Shown: positions 17,364-26,056, numbered from the stretch's first letter. The stretch: 42,355 bases of DNA from an uncultured Oscillospiraceae bacterium (GCA_964404395.1 CAYOKA010000002.1:1497-43851), one strand, 5' to 3'. Program-made: numbers and translations. The notes: generated by a model from the sequence alone, not told the origin.

Positions 17364-19511
17364 CTACAGCTCTCCGGCCTCATTCAAGCCGTCAACAACA
17401 AGGACAAACATCGCGTGTGACCATGTGAGCGGTATAACCCAGGCAGGCTTGCCTGTGACCTTATCGACCTGCTCCGGTAAAAGCCCCTGTTCAGTAGTGC
17501 TGTTTACAGCCCAGTTCAAATACTCTCTAGCCTTTGAATAGGATTTTCTGCTTATATGATACAAAGCTACCCAGAGCGTTGTCAAAACCCACGGATTTCC
17601 ACCTATATAGCTGTCATATTCATAGCGCATCAATCCGCCGCTTCCATGAACGGTAAGCTTGTGCTCCACCAACTCCGCCGTGCTGACCATACGGGGGTCC
17701 TCAGGAGAAAGGAGACCAAAGGGGATACTTAGCCCCAGCAGACTGATATCCAATGTACCATCCAACAACGTGTAGTCTCTGGTAATGCTCTTATCGTTCA
17801 TTTGCAGCCAAACCTTAGAATCGGTATGCTCTTCTCCCCAACCGTTCAGCTTCACGCGGACACTCCTGACATATCGATTCCACTCCGGACTCCAGAAGTT
17901 ATTTTCTATTGCCTTACGAAGCTGTTTTGCAGCTTTGCGCCAAGCCTCTGCTAAAGATAACAGCGCGGCTTTGTCCGGTAGCTGTAATGCCCTATATGAT
18001 TGTGGTTCAGTTTTGTCTGATTGCCGGCCGCCTGCAAGTAATAACGGTTCATCCTCACCTGATTGCGGCCCACCCACGTCCAATTGCAGCTCAGCCTCGT
18101 CCAACTCCGCTAATATCTCTGCTATCACTGCACCCGCCTCAATCCCGGCACACACGGCAGCACTCGAATAGGCATGCTCCCCGATTCTCTCCTCCCACAG
18201 ATCGAAGCTCAGCCAAGGTAAGCCGGTGTCGGCATCCCTATAGCCTAATAAAAACCCAATGCCCTTTTCCACGCATAGCCAAAGATCTACAAGGAATTTT
18301 TTGTTTCCGGTGTGCTCATAATGCTTAAGAATACCCCAAATAATTGAGCCGCCCTCGTCTATCTGCAGCCCCCAGGATGGAGCAAGATTCCCATCCATAT
18401 GAAATCTTTGCTGCCAGCTTCCATCCTCATCCTGCACTTGGGAAGCCCAGCGGTAAAAAGCCTCCACATCCTCCGAAAGACCACACTTATCCAAGGCTGC
18501 AGCGATAAAGGCGGTATCCCTTCCCCAACAATATGCATATCTACCGCACCTTGAAAACTCCTCGTCAATCTCGGGCGCCGCAAGAAGTGCACCGCTTGCT
18601 TTGTTTGTCATCAGGGCAAATACCAGCAGTGAACGCTTGTACAGCGAATCAATTTTCACATTTCCCGTATGTATAATTCGAGCCTGAGCCAGATAATCCT
18701 GCCAGAATATTTCGGTTCTGTCCATGTCTTCTCTGAAATCCGAGCCCATATTATCATTAGTCAGCTTTTTCAGTGTCTTCAAGTCCCTGGCAAAGCAGAG
18801 TTGGAGTGTGAAGCATATCATCTCACCGGCCTGCAGCTCGCTACAGTCCCAGATTAGAGCGCCTTCCCTCGTCATGCCTATCGTGTCATTGCCGTAAAGC
18901 TGCCCTCGGCCTGCATTTTCATAGGAACCTCCGCCTATCTGGTACTGCAAAAGCTGCTTATCAGATGACAGGGAGTAATAATAACCATGCTTGTAATGAA
19001 TTAATGCAGAAAGCTTTGAGTCGAATAAAATACCGGCTGTGTGAGGCGTTGTGGAAATAGACGATGAAAACGCCACAAATTGAATTGTTTGCTTTGTACC
19101 ACCGGTATTGACCACCTCGTAGCATCTTTTCAAAACATCACTGTCAGGAATGGCAAAATCCGATTGGCGTATGATCAGCCCATGATCCATTTTTGTATAC
19201 TCGGTAACTGCAATATTTGTATCCGCTACATAGGATTGTTTCACCTGCCAATCCTCGGGGCTCAGCCAGGATGCACCCTGCCGCAGGTCGGGGCAGATCA
19301 CTCCTACTCTCAGCCTGTCTATATGCTGAGGGAAATCGATATCAGGCCAAAATAGCCTTACCAGTTCTCCCCCCTGATTGATACATCCAAGCATGCCGGA
19401 ATTCCCTGTAATTAAGCTGTTAATATATGGTTTCAAATTTATTCCTCCATTTGTCACCTTCCATTTTAGCATACCCCATGAAATATCAGCAATATAATTG
19501 GCAGCTTTCAT
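17364..19511 (-). CDS. Glycoside hydrolase family 15 (glucoamylase/glucodextranase/trehalase-like), cytoplasmic
   Basis: It is 715 aa with no signal peptide. The (alpha/alpha)6 signatures include YCWGRDTAF and LWEE. A low-complexity insert lies at about aa 470-520. No SD precedes the ATG at 19511. A 27 nt gap separates it from radA. Confidence 0.75.
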   Translation of the reverse strand: MKAANYIADISWGMLKWKVTNGGINLKPYINSLITGNSGMLGCINQGGELVRLFWPDIDFPQHIDRLRVGVICPDLRQGASWLSPEDWQVKQSYVADTNIAVTEYTKMDHGLIIRQSDFAIPDSDVLKRCYEVVNTGGTKQTIQFVAFSSSISTTPHTAGILFDSKLSALIHYKHGYYYSLSSDKQLLQYQIGGGSYENAGRGQLYGNDTIGMTREGALIWDCSELQAGEMICFTLQLCFARDLKTLKKLTNDNMGSDFREDMDRTEIFWQDYLAQARIIHTGNVKIDSLYKRSLLVFALMTNKASGALLAAPEIDEEFSRCGRYAYCWGRDTAFIAAALDKCGLSEDVEAFYRWASQVQDEDGSWQQRFHMDGNLAPSWGLQIDEGGSIIWGILKHYEHTGNKKFLVDLWLCVEKGIGFLLGYRDADTGLPWLSFDLWEERIGEHAYSSAAVCAGIEAGAVIAEILAELDEAELQLDVGGPQSGEDEPLLLAGGRQSDKTEPQSYRALQLPDKAALLSLAEAWRKAAKQLRKAIENNFWSPEWNRYVRSVRVKLNGWGEEHTDSKVWLQMNDKSITRDYTLLDGTLDISLLGLSIPFGLLSPEDPRMVSTAELVEHKLTVHGSGGLMRYEYDSYIGGNPWVLTTLWVALYHISRKSYSKAREYLNWAVNSTTEQGLLPEQVDKVTGKPAWVIPLTWSHAMFVLVVDGLNEAGEL

Positions 19512-19578
19512 CTATCGCATAAATATTTTTTGGTAAAAGGTGCAGAATAATAAAAACCACAGCGATGGAGGTTCCCGG

Positions 19579-20880
19579 ATGAATAATGTTTTGCAAAATC
19601 TATTACTACACATAACCCAACTGATTCAGGTGTTTGTTTTTGTTGCAGGCTGCTATTTTTTTTGCATTTCCTTGCTAGGCTGGAGAAGGCAGAGGAATAA
19701 ATCGGAGGAATACGCTCCCTGCAAAAGATTCGCGCTTGTAATAGCCGCCCATAATGAGGAGCTGGTGATTGGCAATGTCATTGACAGTCTTATGAACCAG
19801 AATTACCCTCGAGAACTATTTGACATTATCGTTGTAGCGGACAACTGCACTGACAGAACCGCTTTAGTTGCCAGAAAGCACGGAGCATTGGTACATAGGC
19901 GGTTTGATGCGGAAAAAACAGGCAAGGGAAACGCCCTTGAATGGATATTTAGCAAGATATACAACGAAAGCGATTGTTATGATGTTGTCAGTGTCTTCGA
20001 TGCAGATAATTTGGTTTCATCTAATTACCTTTATGAAATGAATAGACAGCTATGTAAGGGGTACAAAGTAGTACAGGGATACATCGACAGCAAAAACCCT
20101 TTTGACTCCTGGATCACATGCTCGTATTCTATAGCATTTTGGCTTTCAAATCGGACCTATCAGCTTCCTCGGTTTAATTTGGGGCTGAGCTGTGTTCTCT
20201 GTGGTACAGGCTTTTGCGTAGATTTATCTGTGCTGAAGGAAATCGGGTGGGGAGTAACATGTCTGACAGAAGACCTTGAGTTCACAATGAAGCTGTCGTT
20301 GAACGGAATCAAGGTCGCATGGGCACACGACGCAATTGTATTTGACGAAAAGCCCTTGACTCTCAAGCAGTCCTGGTGTCAAAGAAAAAGATGGATGCAG
20401 GGGCATGCGGACTGCGCCTATAGATATCTTGTGCCCCTATTTAAAAAGGCTTTCGCGGAGCGTAATCTGGCGGTCTTCGACTGTGCCGTGTACCTTTTCC
20501 AACCAATCCGTTTTATTTTCATAGTCTTAATCTCAATTATGCTTCGTGTCCAATCCTTTTATCCCGAAATACCCTTCTTTACAGTGCAACACATTTTACC
20601 GGCACTTGTTTGGCATGTATTTGTACTACTACAGTTTCTATATGGCCCTGTGGTGGTGCTATCAGAAAATAAGTTTGATCTGCGCATACTACTGGGATTT
20701 ATCGCCTACCCATTTTATTGCTTTACCTGGATTCCTATCACAATACAAGGCTTCCTCAGCAAGGACAACAAGGTCTGGAGTCATACCATACACACACGCG
20801 AAATAAAAATAGAGGATCTGGAGAAAACGCGCAGCTCTCAAGCCCCTCCTCCCCGCCCCGAAGCCTCCCGCTACCAGTAA
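19579..20880 (+). CDS. Membrane-embedded processive family-2 glycosyltransferase (synthase-like)
   Basis: It has an N-terminal TM segment, DADN (DxD), TED, QRKRW (QxxRW), and C-terminal TM segments. The start is set at 19579 behind GGAGG. The Pro-rich GC-rich tail abuts the repeat array. Confidence 0.8.
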   Translation: MNNVLQNLLLHITQLIQVFVFVAGCYFFCISLLGWRRQRNKSEEYAPCKRFALVIAAHNEELVIGNVIDSLMNQNYPRELFDIIVVADNCTDRTALVARKHGALVHRRFDAEKTGKGNALEWIFSKIYNESDCYDVVSVFDADNLVSSNYLYEMNRQLCKGYKVVQGYIDSKNPFDSWITCSYSIAFWLSNRTYQLPRFNLGLSCVLCGTGFCVDLSVLKEIGWGVTCLTEDLEFTMKLSLNGIKVAWAHDAIVFDEKPLTLKQSWCQRKRWMQGHADCAYRYLVPLFKKAFAERNLAVFDCAVYLFQPIRFIFIVLISIMLRVQSFYPEIPFFTVQHILPALVWHVFVLLQFLYGPVVVLSENKFDLRILLGFIAYPFYCFTWIPITIQGFLSKDNKVWSHTIHTREIKIEDLEKTRSSQAPPPRPEASRYQ

Positions 20881-20887
20881 CGTGGGA

Positions 20888-21018
20888 GGGGACAGGGGAC
20901 GGTTCTCCCAAAACAGGGGGACGGTTCTCCCAAAACGAGGAGAGCAAAGAGGGGACGGTTCTCCCAAAACGAGGAGAGCAAAGAGGGGACGGTTCTCCCG
21001 GCGAAGGGGACGGTTCTT
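20888..21018 (+). repeat. Array of five forward GGGGACGGTTCTCC(C) copies
   Basis: Copies start at 20895, 20917, 20951, 20985 and 21006, giving spacings of 22, 34, 34 and 21 bp. The 34 bp unit GGGGACGGTTCTCCCAAAACGAGGAGAGCAAAGA occurs twice. Confidence 0.9.
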
Positions 21019-21029
21019 GATAAACTGCG

Positions 21030-21066
21030 AAAAGAGCAAAAAAGGGGCAGTCCTTTTTCACCTGCC
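21030..21066 (-). terminator. Probable clpC terminator
   Basis: The minus strand reads GGCAGgtgaaaaaggaCTGCC plus CCTTTTTTGCTCTTTT. Confidence 0.5.
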
Positions 21067-21160
21067 AAAGAACTACCCTTATTTGGTCCTCTTATTTGGG
21101 TTCCTTATTCTATTGCATATTCTAATCATTCACTTAATCTTTTTTATCATATTAAGGGCA

Positions 21161-23647
21161 CTATTCATGCACCTCGGGAGAACCGTCCCCCTGCTTCACG
21201 GGAGAACCGTCCCCCTCCCCTTTTACGGTAAATTCCAGCTTATCGCCCGCAAGCACTACGCTCACGGTATTGCCCGGTTTCACCCTGCCTTCCAGCATTT
21301 CCTCGGCCAGCTTATCCTCTATCATGCTCTGTATATATCTCCTCAGTGGCCTTGCTCCAAAAACGGGATCATAGCCCTTTTTCGCAATATAGTCCTTGGC
21401 CTCATCATTTACTCCCAGACTAATTGAATTCTGACCAAGTCTCTTTACAAGTACATTAATCATAATGCCAACAATGTCTCTGATATTATCTTCATCCAAC
21501 GGATGAAATACAATAATGTCATCTACCCTGTTTAGGAATTCAGGGCGGAAGGCCTTTTTCAGCTCTCCCATAACATTGCTCTTCATATCCTCATAGTTCT
21601 TTGCCGAATCATCCTCAGTCAGGAACCCCAATCGCTTCGGCTCAGTAATCATTCTTCCGCCGACGTTTGAAGTCATTATGATAACAGTATTCCTAAAATC
21701 TACAACTCTACCCTGAGAATCCGTCAACCTACCGTCCTCCAGTATCTGAAGCAAAATGTTGAAAACATCGGGATGAGCCTTCTCTATCTCATCAAACAGC
21801 AGTACTGAATATGGCTTGCTTCTGACCTTATCGGTAAGCTGCCCACCTTCTTCATATCCTACATAGCCGGGGGGCGAGCCTATTAACCTGGATACAGCGA
21901 ACTTCTCCATGTATTCGGACATATCTATGCGTATCATTGCATTCTCGTTGCCGAATAACGCTTCCGCCAATGCCTTACTCAATTCTGTCTTACCAACGCC
22001 TGTAGGACCGAGGAATATAAAAGAACCGGTCGGCCTTTTAGGATCCTTTAATCCTACCCGGCCTCTCCTGATTGCCTTCGATACGGCCTTTACCGCTTCA
22101 TCCTGTCCGATGACTCTCTCATGGAGCACATCCTCCATTCTCATCAGCCTCTCCGATTCCTCTTCAGCAAGCCGTTTCACAGGTATACCGGTCCAGCCTG
22201 CAACAATGTCGGCAATCTCATCCTCTGTAACAGTGTCTGTTCTTGTCTGGTTATTCTGGTACCATTCGCCCTTCACTTTCTCGTGCTCTGCCCTAAGCTT
22301 TTGCTCCTGATCCCTTATACCTGCAGCCTTTTCAAACTCCTGCCTCCTTATGGCATCTTCCTTTTCCTTGGCGAGTCTTTCCAGCTGATCCTCCAGCTGC
22401 TTTATATCGGGGGGTGCTGTAAATGCTTTCAACCTTACCTTTGAGGCAGCTTCATCCATCAAATCTATTGCCTTGTCCGGAAGATATCTGTCAGTAATGT
22501 ATCTGGCAGAAAATCTGGTCGCCGCTTCCAAAGCCTCATCCGTTATTTTCACACCATGATGGGCTTCATACTTGTCACGGATGCCCTTCAATATCTCAAT
22601 GGTTTCCTCCTGGGTGGGTTCACCGACTGTAATCGGCTGGAATCTGCGTTCCAGTGCAGCATCCTTCTCAACATACTTATGATACTCATTGATTGTAGTT
22701 GCACCGATTACCTGTATCTCTCCCCTGGCAAGTGCAGGCTTGAGAATATTTGAGGCATCAATAGCACCTTCAGCTGCTCCCGCACCAATAATCGTATGCA
22801 TTTCATCTATGAACAGAATTACATTTCCAGCCTTCCTGACCTCATCCAGCGCCTTTTTCAGCCTTTCTTCGAATTCGCCTCTGTATTTTGCTCCTGCAAC
22901 CATAGAAGAAAGATCCAATGAAAACACTCTCTTATCCTTCAGCATTTCCGGGATATTAGCTTCAACAATCTTTTGCGCAAGGCCTTCGGCAATTGCTGTC
23001 TTCCCCACTCCCGGTTCACCTATGAGGCATGGATTGTTCTTCGTCCTCCTGCTGAGTATCTGGATAACTCTCTCAATCTCCTTATCGCGCCCTATAATTG
23101 GATCAAATTTGGCCTCCCTGGCCATTTCCGTCAGGTCTCGCCCAAATTGATTCAGCGTAGGAGTATTCGTTTGACTCGAGGCGCTTTTAGGCGTACCGCT
23201 TGCAGTAGGTGTATCTTCATTTAGCATTTTAACAATATCACTAAACAGCTTCTGCGGTTCAATACCCAAGTCTATCAATATCCGAACAGCAACGCTTTCT
23301 CCCTCTCTCATAATGCCCAAAAGGAGATGCTCTGTCCCAATATAATTGTGCCCAAGCCGTCTGGCCTCCACCAAGGCTAATTCAAGCACCCTTTTTGTCC
23401 TCGGCGTAAAATCAAGGGGCTTTTTTTCATCATTGTCACCCCTACCTATCAATTCATCTATCTCACGGATTACTTTTTCCTCTGTAACTCCCTGTCCCTG
23501 CAGAACACGCGCTGCGATACCGGTGCCCTCCTTTAGAAGCCCCAACAACAAATGCTCCGTACCCACATAACTGTGTCTGAGCCCCATTGCGTTTTCCTGA
23601 GATAGATTTATAGCTTTCTCTGCTTTTTCAGTAAATCTCCCATACAT
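21161..23647 (-). CDS. clpC: ATP-dependent Clp protease ATP-binding subunit ClpC
   Basis: It has two Clp_N repeats, two AAA+ modules (GEPGVGKTA and GPTGVGKTE) and a UVR linker. The C-terminal tail GEGDGSPVKQGDGSPEVHE is repeat-encoded. Confidence 0.95.
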   Translation of the reverse strand: MYGRFTEKAEKAINLSQENAMGLRHSYVGTEHLLLGLLKEGTGIAARVLQGQGVTEEKVIREIDELIGRGDNDEKKPLDFTPRTKRVLELALVEARRLGHNYIGTEHLLLGIMREGESVAVRILIDLGIEPQKLFSDIVKMLNEDTPTASGTPKSASSQTNTPTLNQFGRDLTEMAREAKFDPIIGRDKEIERVIQILSRRTKNNPCLIGEPGVGKTAIAEGLAQKIVEANIPEMLKDKRVFSLDLSSMVAGAKYRGEFEERLKKALDEVRKAGNVILFIDEMHTIIGAGAAEGAIDASNILKPALARGEIQVIGATTINEYHKYVEKDAALERRFQPITVGEPTQEETIEILKGIRDKYEAHHGVKITDEALEAATRFSARYITDRYLPDKAIDLMDEAASKVRLKAFTAPPDIKQLEDQLERLAKEKEDAIRRQEFEKAAGIRDQEQKLRAEHEKVKGEWYQNNQTRTDTVTEDEIADIVAGWTGIPVKRLAEEESERLMRMEDVLHERVIGQDEAVKAVSKAIRRGRVGLKDPKRPTGSFIFLGPTGVGKTELSKALAEALFGNENAMIRIDMSEYMEKFAVSRLIGSPPGYVGYEEGGQLTDKVRSKPYSVLLFDEIEKAHPDVFNILLQILEDGRLTDSQGRVVDFRNTVIIMTSNVGGRMITEPKRLGFLTEDDSAKNYEDMKSNVMGELKKAFRPEFLNRVDDIIVFHPLDEDNIRDIVGIMINVLVKRLGQNSISLGVNDEAKDYIAKKGYDPVFGARPLRRYIQSMIEDKLAEEMLEGRVKPGNTVSVVLAGDKLEFTVKGEGDGSPVKQGDGSPEVHE
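21176..21214 (-). repeat. Two reverse copies (GGGAGAACCGTCCCC) lying inside the 3' end of the clpC ORF
   Basis: Copies lie at 21176-21190 and 21200-21214. Each encodes GDGSP in the clpC frame. Confidence 0.9.
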
Positions 23648-23660
23648 TCCCCATCACTCC

Positions 23661-24698
23661 TTACTGTATGATATCATTCAAATGTGTCCGCATCAGGTCC
23701 GCACGTCTTTGATCCCTCTCACCCGGCTTAAGTTCATCTCCGGAAAGCTTCTGCAAATACGCCGGATGCACCATCAGCATCATTTCATTTACTTTCTCCT
23801 GTTCAATTCCCTTTATTAGTTCCATTATGACGCCGAGCCTCACATCTGAAAGCAACTTCAAGCTTTCCTCAGTAGAAATGATTCTGGCATTCATAAGTAA
23901 TCCCAATGATCTGTATATCCTGTCCTCAAACTTGAGAGGATTTTGTTTGTACAGCTCCAGTCTCAAAATCCGCTCCTGCTCTGATATTTGCGATGTAATA
24001 TTGCTTATCCCTGAAATAATCTCATCCTCGTTCTGCCCTAAGGTTACCTGATTTGATACCTGGAACATGTTTCCTGTCGTCTCGCTGTTCTCGCCATAGG
24101 CTCCTCTAACAGCCACTCCAATCTTGCTGCAATTCTCCAGTATTCCCTTTATATAGCCCGTCATAGCCAGCGCCGGAAGGTGCAACATTACAGATGCTCT
24201 CATACCGGTTCCCGTATTTGTCGGGCAGCAGGTAAGATAGCCCGTATTCTTATCGAAAGCAAAATCCAGATTCTCATCCAGCTGTGTATCCAGCTTGCTG
24301 CAAAGCTTCCAGGCATTTTTGATTTGCATGCCGGGAAATATACATTGCAATCTGATATGATCCTCTTCGTTTATCATTATGCTGACTCTTTCATCTTTTC
24401 TGAGAATAACAGCTCTGTTTTTATCCATCTGCGCAAATTCCGGGCTAATCATGTGCCTTTCCACAAGAAACTGCTTATCCAAGGGCTTTAGCGAATGTAA
24501 TTCAATATATTCCATTCCATGTTTGCGGGCATCAGCACCGCTAAACACAGCATCTTTGACTCTTGCCAGTATTTCAGCACCCTGTGCATCTGTCATTCTT
24601 GTTGTAAACGGATAGCCCTCAATATTCCGGGCAAGCCTAACCCTGCTGCTTATGGCGGTATCAATCCCGGATACTGAATGAACGGAATCCTCTTTCAT
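23661..24698 (-). CDS. mcsB: Protein arginine kinase McsB
   Basis: It carries guanidino-kinase-family motifs (SSRVRLARN...CPTNTGTGMRASV). The start at 24698 sits behind GGAGGtataatATG and overlaps the mcsA stop as ATGA. Confidence 0.9.
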   Translation of the reverse strand: MKEDSVHSVSGIDTAISSRVRLARNIEGYPFTTRMTDAQGAEILARVKDAVFSGADARKHGMEYIELHSLKPLDKQFLVERHMISPEFAQMDKNRAVILRKDERVSIMINEEDHIRLQCIFPGMQIKNAWKLCSKLDTQLDENLDFAFDKNTGYLTCCPTNTGTGMRASVMLHLPALAMTGYIKGILENCSKIGVAVRGAYGENSETTGNMFQVSNQVTLGQNEDEIISGISNITSQISEQERILRLELYKQNPLKFEDRIYRSLGLLMNARIISTEESLKLLSDVRLGVIMELIKGIEQEKVNEMMLMVHPAYLQKLSGDELKPGERDQRRADLMRTHLNDIIQ

Positions 24699-25288
24699 AT
24701 TATACCTCCACACTGTTTGCCCTCATCGGCTTTATTCGTTCTATCTGTCTCACTCACGTTATCGGCCTTATCTTCTTTCCCGCCATTTTCCAAATCTCTT
24801 ATGCTGTCTCTCAGTACAGCAGCCTTCTCGTATTCCTCCTTACCAATAGCTTCAGTCAATTGTGCCTTAAGACCTTCCAATTCGTTCATTTCTCTAATAC
24901 AATCAGCAGCCTTCTTTGGCACCCTACCCGTATGCTGTACACTTCCATGGAGTCTACGCAATATTGGATTCAAGCTATCATTAAAAACTCTATAGCAATT
25001 GGCGCATCCCAATTTGCCTGTTTTTCTGAAATCTTCTATACTCATACTGCAAACGTCGCAGCATACTTCATCAGGCTTTTCAACCTTTGCAAAGCCCTCA
25101 GATTGTCCCAATCCATGAAATCCCCATAGAAAATCTCCCAAATTAAGCTTTGGACTAATGACAAACTGCCCTTTCTTTTCTGCACATTGATTGCACAGAT
25201 ACATTACAGCTTTATTCCCATTAATAATTTGCGTAAAATGCACACTTGCATCTCTTTTGTGACATTGCTGGCATAACACATTCATCAC
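24695..25288 (-). CDS. mcsA: McsA (UvrB/UvrC-motif, zinc-finger activator of McsB)
   Basis: It has CQQC...CNQC and CDVC...CANC cysteine pairs and a UVR motif (EYEKAAVLRDSIRDLE). Confidence 0.9.
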   Translation of the reverse strand: MMNVLCQQCHKRDASVHFTQIINGNKAVMYLCNQCAEKKGQFVISPKLNLGDFLWGFHGLGQSEGFAKVEKPDEVCCDVCSMSIEDFRKTGKLGCANCYRVFNDSLNPILRRLHGSVQHTGRVPKKAADCIREMNELEGLKAQLTEAIGKEEYEKAAVLRDSIRDLENGGKEDKADNVSETDRTNKADEGKQCGGII

Positions 25289-25333
25289 TCCTTGCCTACC
25301 TCGCTACCTTAATTATTGTTACCCAAATATCGC

Positions 25334-25792
25334 TTAAACCATCAAACTGGTCAGCATATTTTTCAACATGATCGCTCTAATCATGTCACGGTCGGGCATT
25401 TGAATCCCGCCGAGCACCTTATCGCTGGTTGCAGCTCTCAAAATAAGTCCTTCTCTTCGGCTGACCACCTCATAATCGACAAAGTTGTTTATGAATACCT
25501 CTGCAGATTGCTGGGATATGCTATTACCCATAGAAGTAACAATATGCATCAAATAATTCCCGGGTCTTGTGATATCCACCCTCTTTATCGTGATGTTCCC
25601 CCCGCCGCCGCGCCTGCTCTCAACGTAGTAGCCCCTTTCTGTAGTAAATCTGGTATCTATTACGTAATTTATCTGAGAGGGTACGCATTTAAAATAGTTC
25701 GCCAGTTCATTTCGCTGAATCTCTATTGCTCCGTTTGTGTCATTTATCATCTCTTTCAAAAAAGCTTCGATTATATCACTCATTCTGGCCAC
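25334..25792 (-). CDS. ctsR: Class III stress-gene repressor CtsR
   Basis: It carries MSDIIEAFLKEM...IQRNELANYFKCVPSQINYVIDTRFT.ERGYYVESRRGGGG.I.I. Confidence 0.95.
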   Translation of the reverse strand: MARMSDIIEAFLKEMINDTNGAIEIQRNELANYFKCVPSQINYVIDTRFTTERGYYVESRRGGGGNITIKRVDITRPGNYLMHIVTSMGNSISQQSAEVFINNFVDYEVVSRREGLILRAATSDKVLGGIQMPDRDMIRAIMLKNMLTSLMV

Positions 25793-25848
25793 CTGCGCTC
25801 ACTCCCTTCCTTGGGCATTTTGCGATGTACCATGTTTTTAGCTCAGCT

Positions 25849-25897
25849 ACACAATATATTGCGGGTATATATGAAAGTATATCACTATATATTGTGC
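25849..25897. promoter_or_regulatory. Pair of NrdR-box-like palindromes (element copy B) inside the ctsR leader
   Basis: The minus strand reads GCACAATATATAGTGA, then 17 nt, then CCGCAATATATTGTGT. The flanking boxes are identical to copy A at 3664-3712, the spacing is again 33 bp, and both centres share TTTCAT. Confidence 0.45.
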
Positions 25898-26001
25898 CGC
25901 TAAGTTTGATTAAGGTTACATCGCAAAAGCCTTTCCTTATTCATTGCCATAAGAGCCGAGACATATAATCCCATCCTTATGTCTTATAGCTGTTTATTGA
26001 T

Positions 26002-26018
26002 TTTGACTATCTTTGACT
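26002..26018 (-). promoter_or_regulatory. CtsR operator (tandem heptad)
   Basis: The minus strand reads AGTCAAAgatAGTCAAA. This fits the CtsR box (A/G)GTCAAA-NAN-(A/G)GTCAAA and lies immediately downstream of the -10 element. Confidence 0.85.
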
Positions 26019-26027
26019 TTCAATATT

Positions 26028-26056
26028 ATTATAAATCACCTGCCATGTTAATTCAA
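26028..26056 (-). promoter_or_regulatory. Sigma-A-type promoter of the ctsR operon
   Basis: TTGAAT (26051-26056), a 17 nt spacer, then TATAAT (26028-26033). Confidence 0.75.

Noticed and set aside
10256-20880. Calling the accessory blocks a mobile genomic island or a defence island
   Set aside because: I could recognise no integrase, transposase, recombinase, phage gene, restriction, abortive-infection or toxin-antitoxin gene in the window. The only boundary signal is the short repeat family.
20888-21214. CRISPR array interpretation of the GGGGACGGTTCTCCC arrays (also 1-73 and 6793-6905)
   Set aside because: The repeats are only 14-15 bp long. The spacers are 4-19 bp and identical within each array. 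Copies occur in both orientations at the same locus. No cas genes are present.
20689-21427. ORF-track ORFs 20689..21039(-), 20718..21020(+), 20756..21061(-), 20871..21068(-) and 20882..21427(+)
   Set aside because: All are read-throughs of the repeat array, giving RTVP, EPSP and GDGS low-complexity strings in several frames. They have no SD. 20882..21427 also overlaps the clpC 3' end in antisense.
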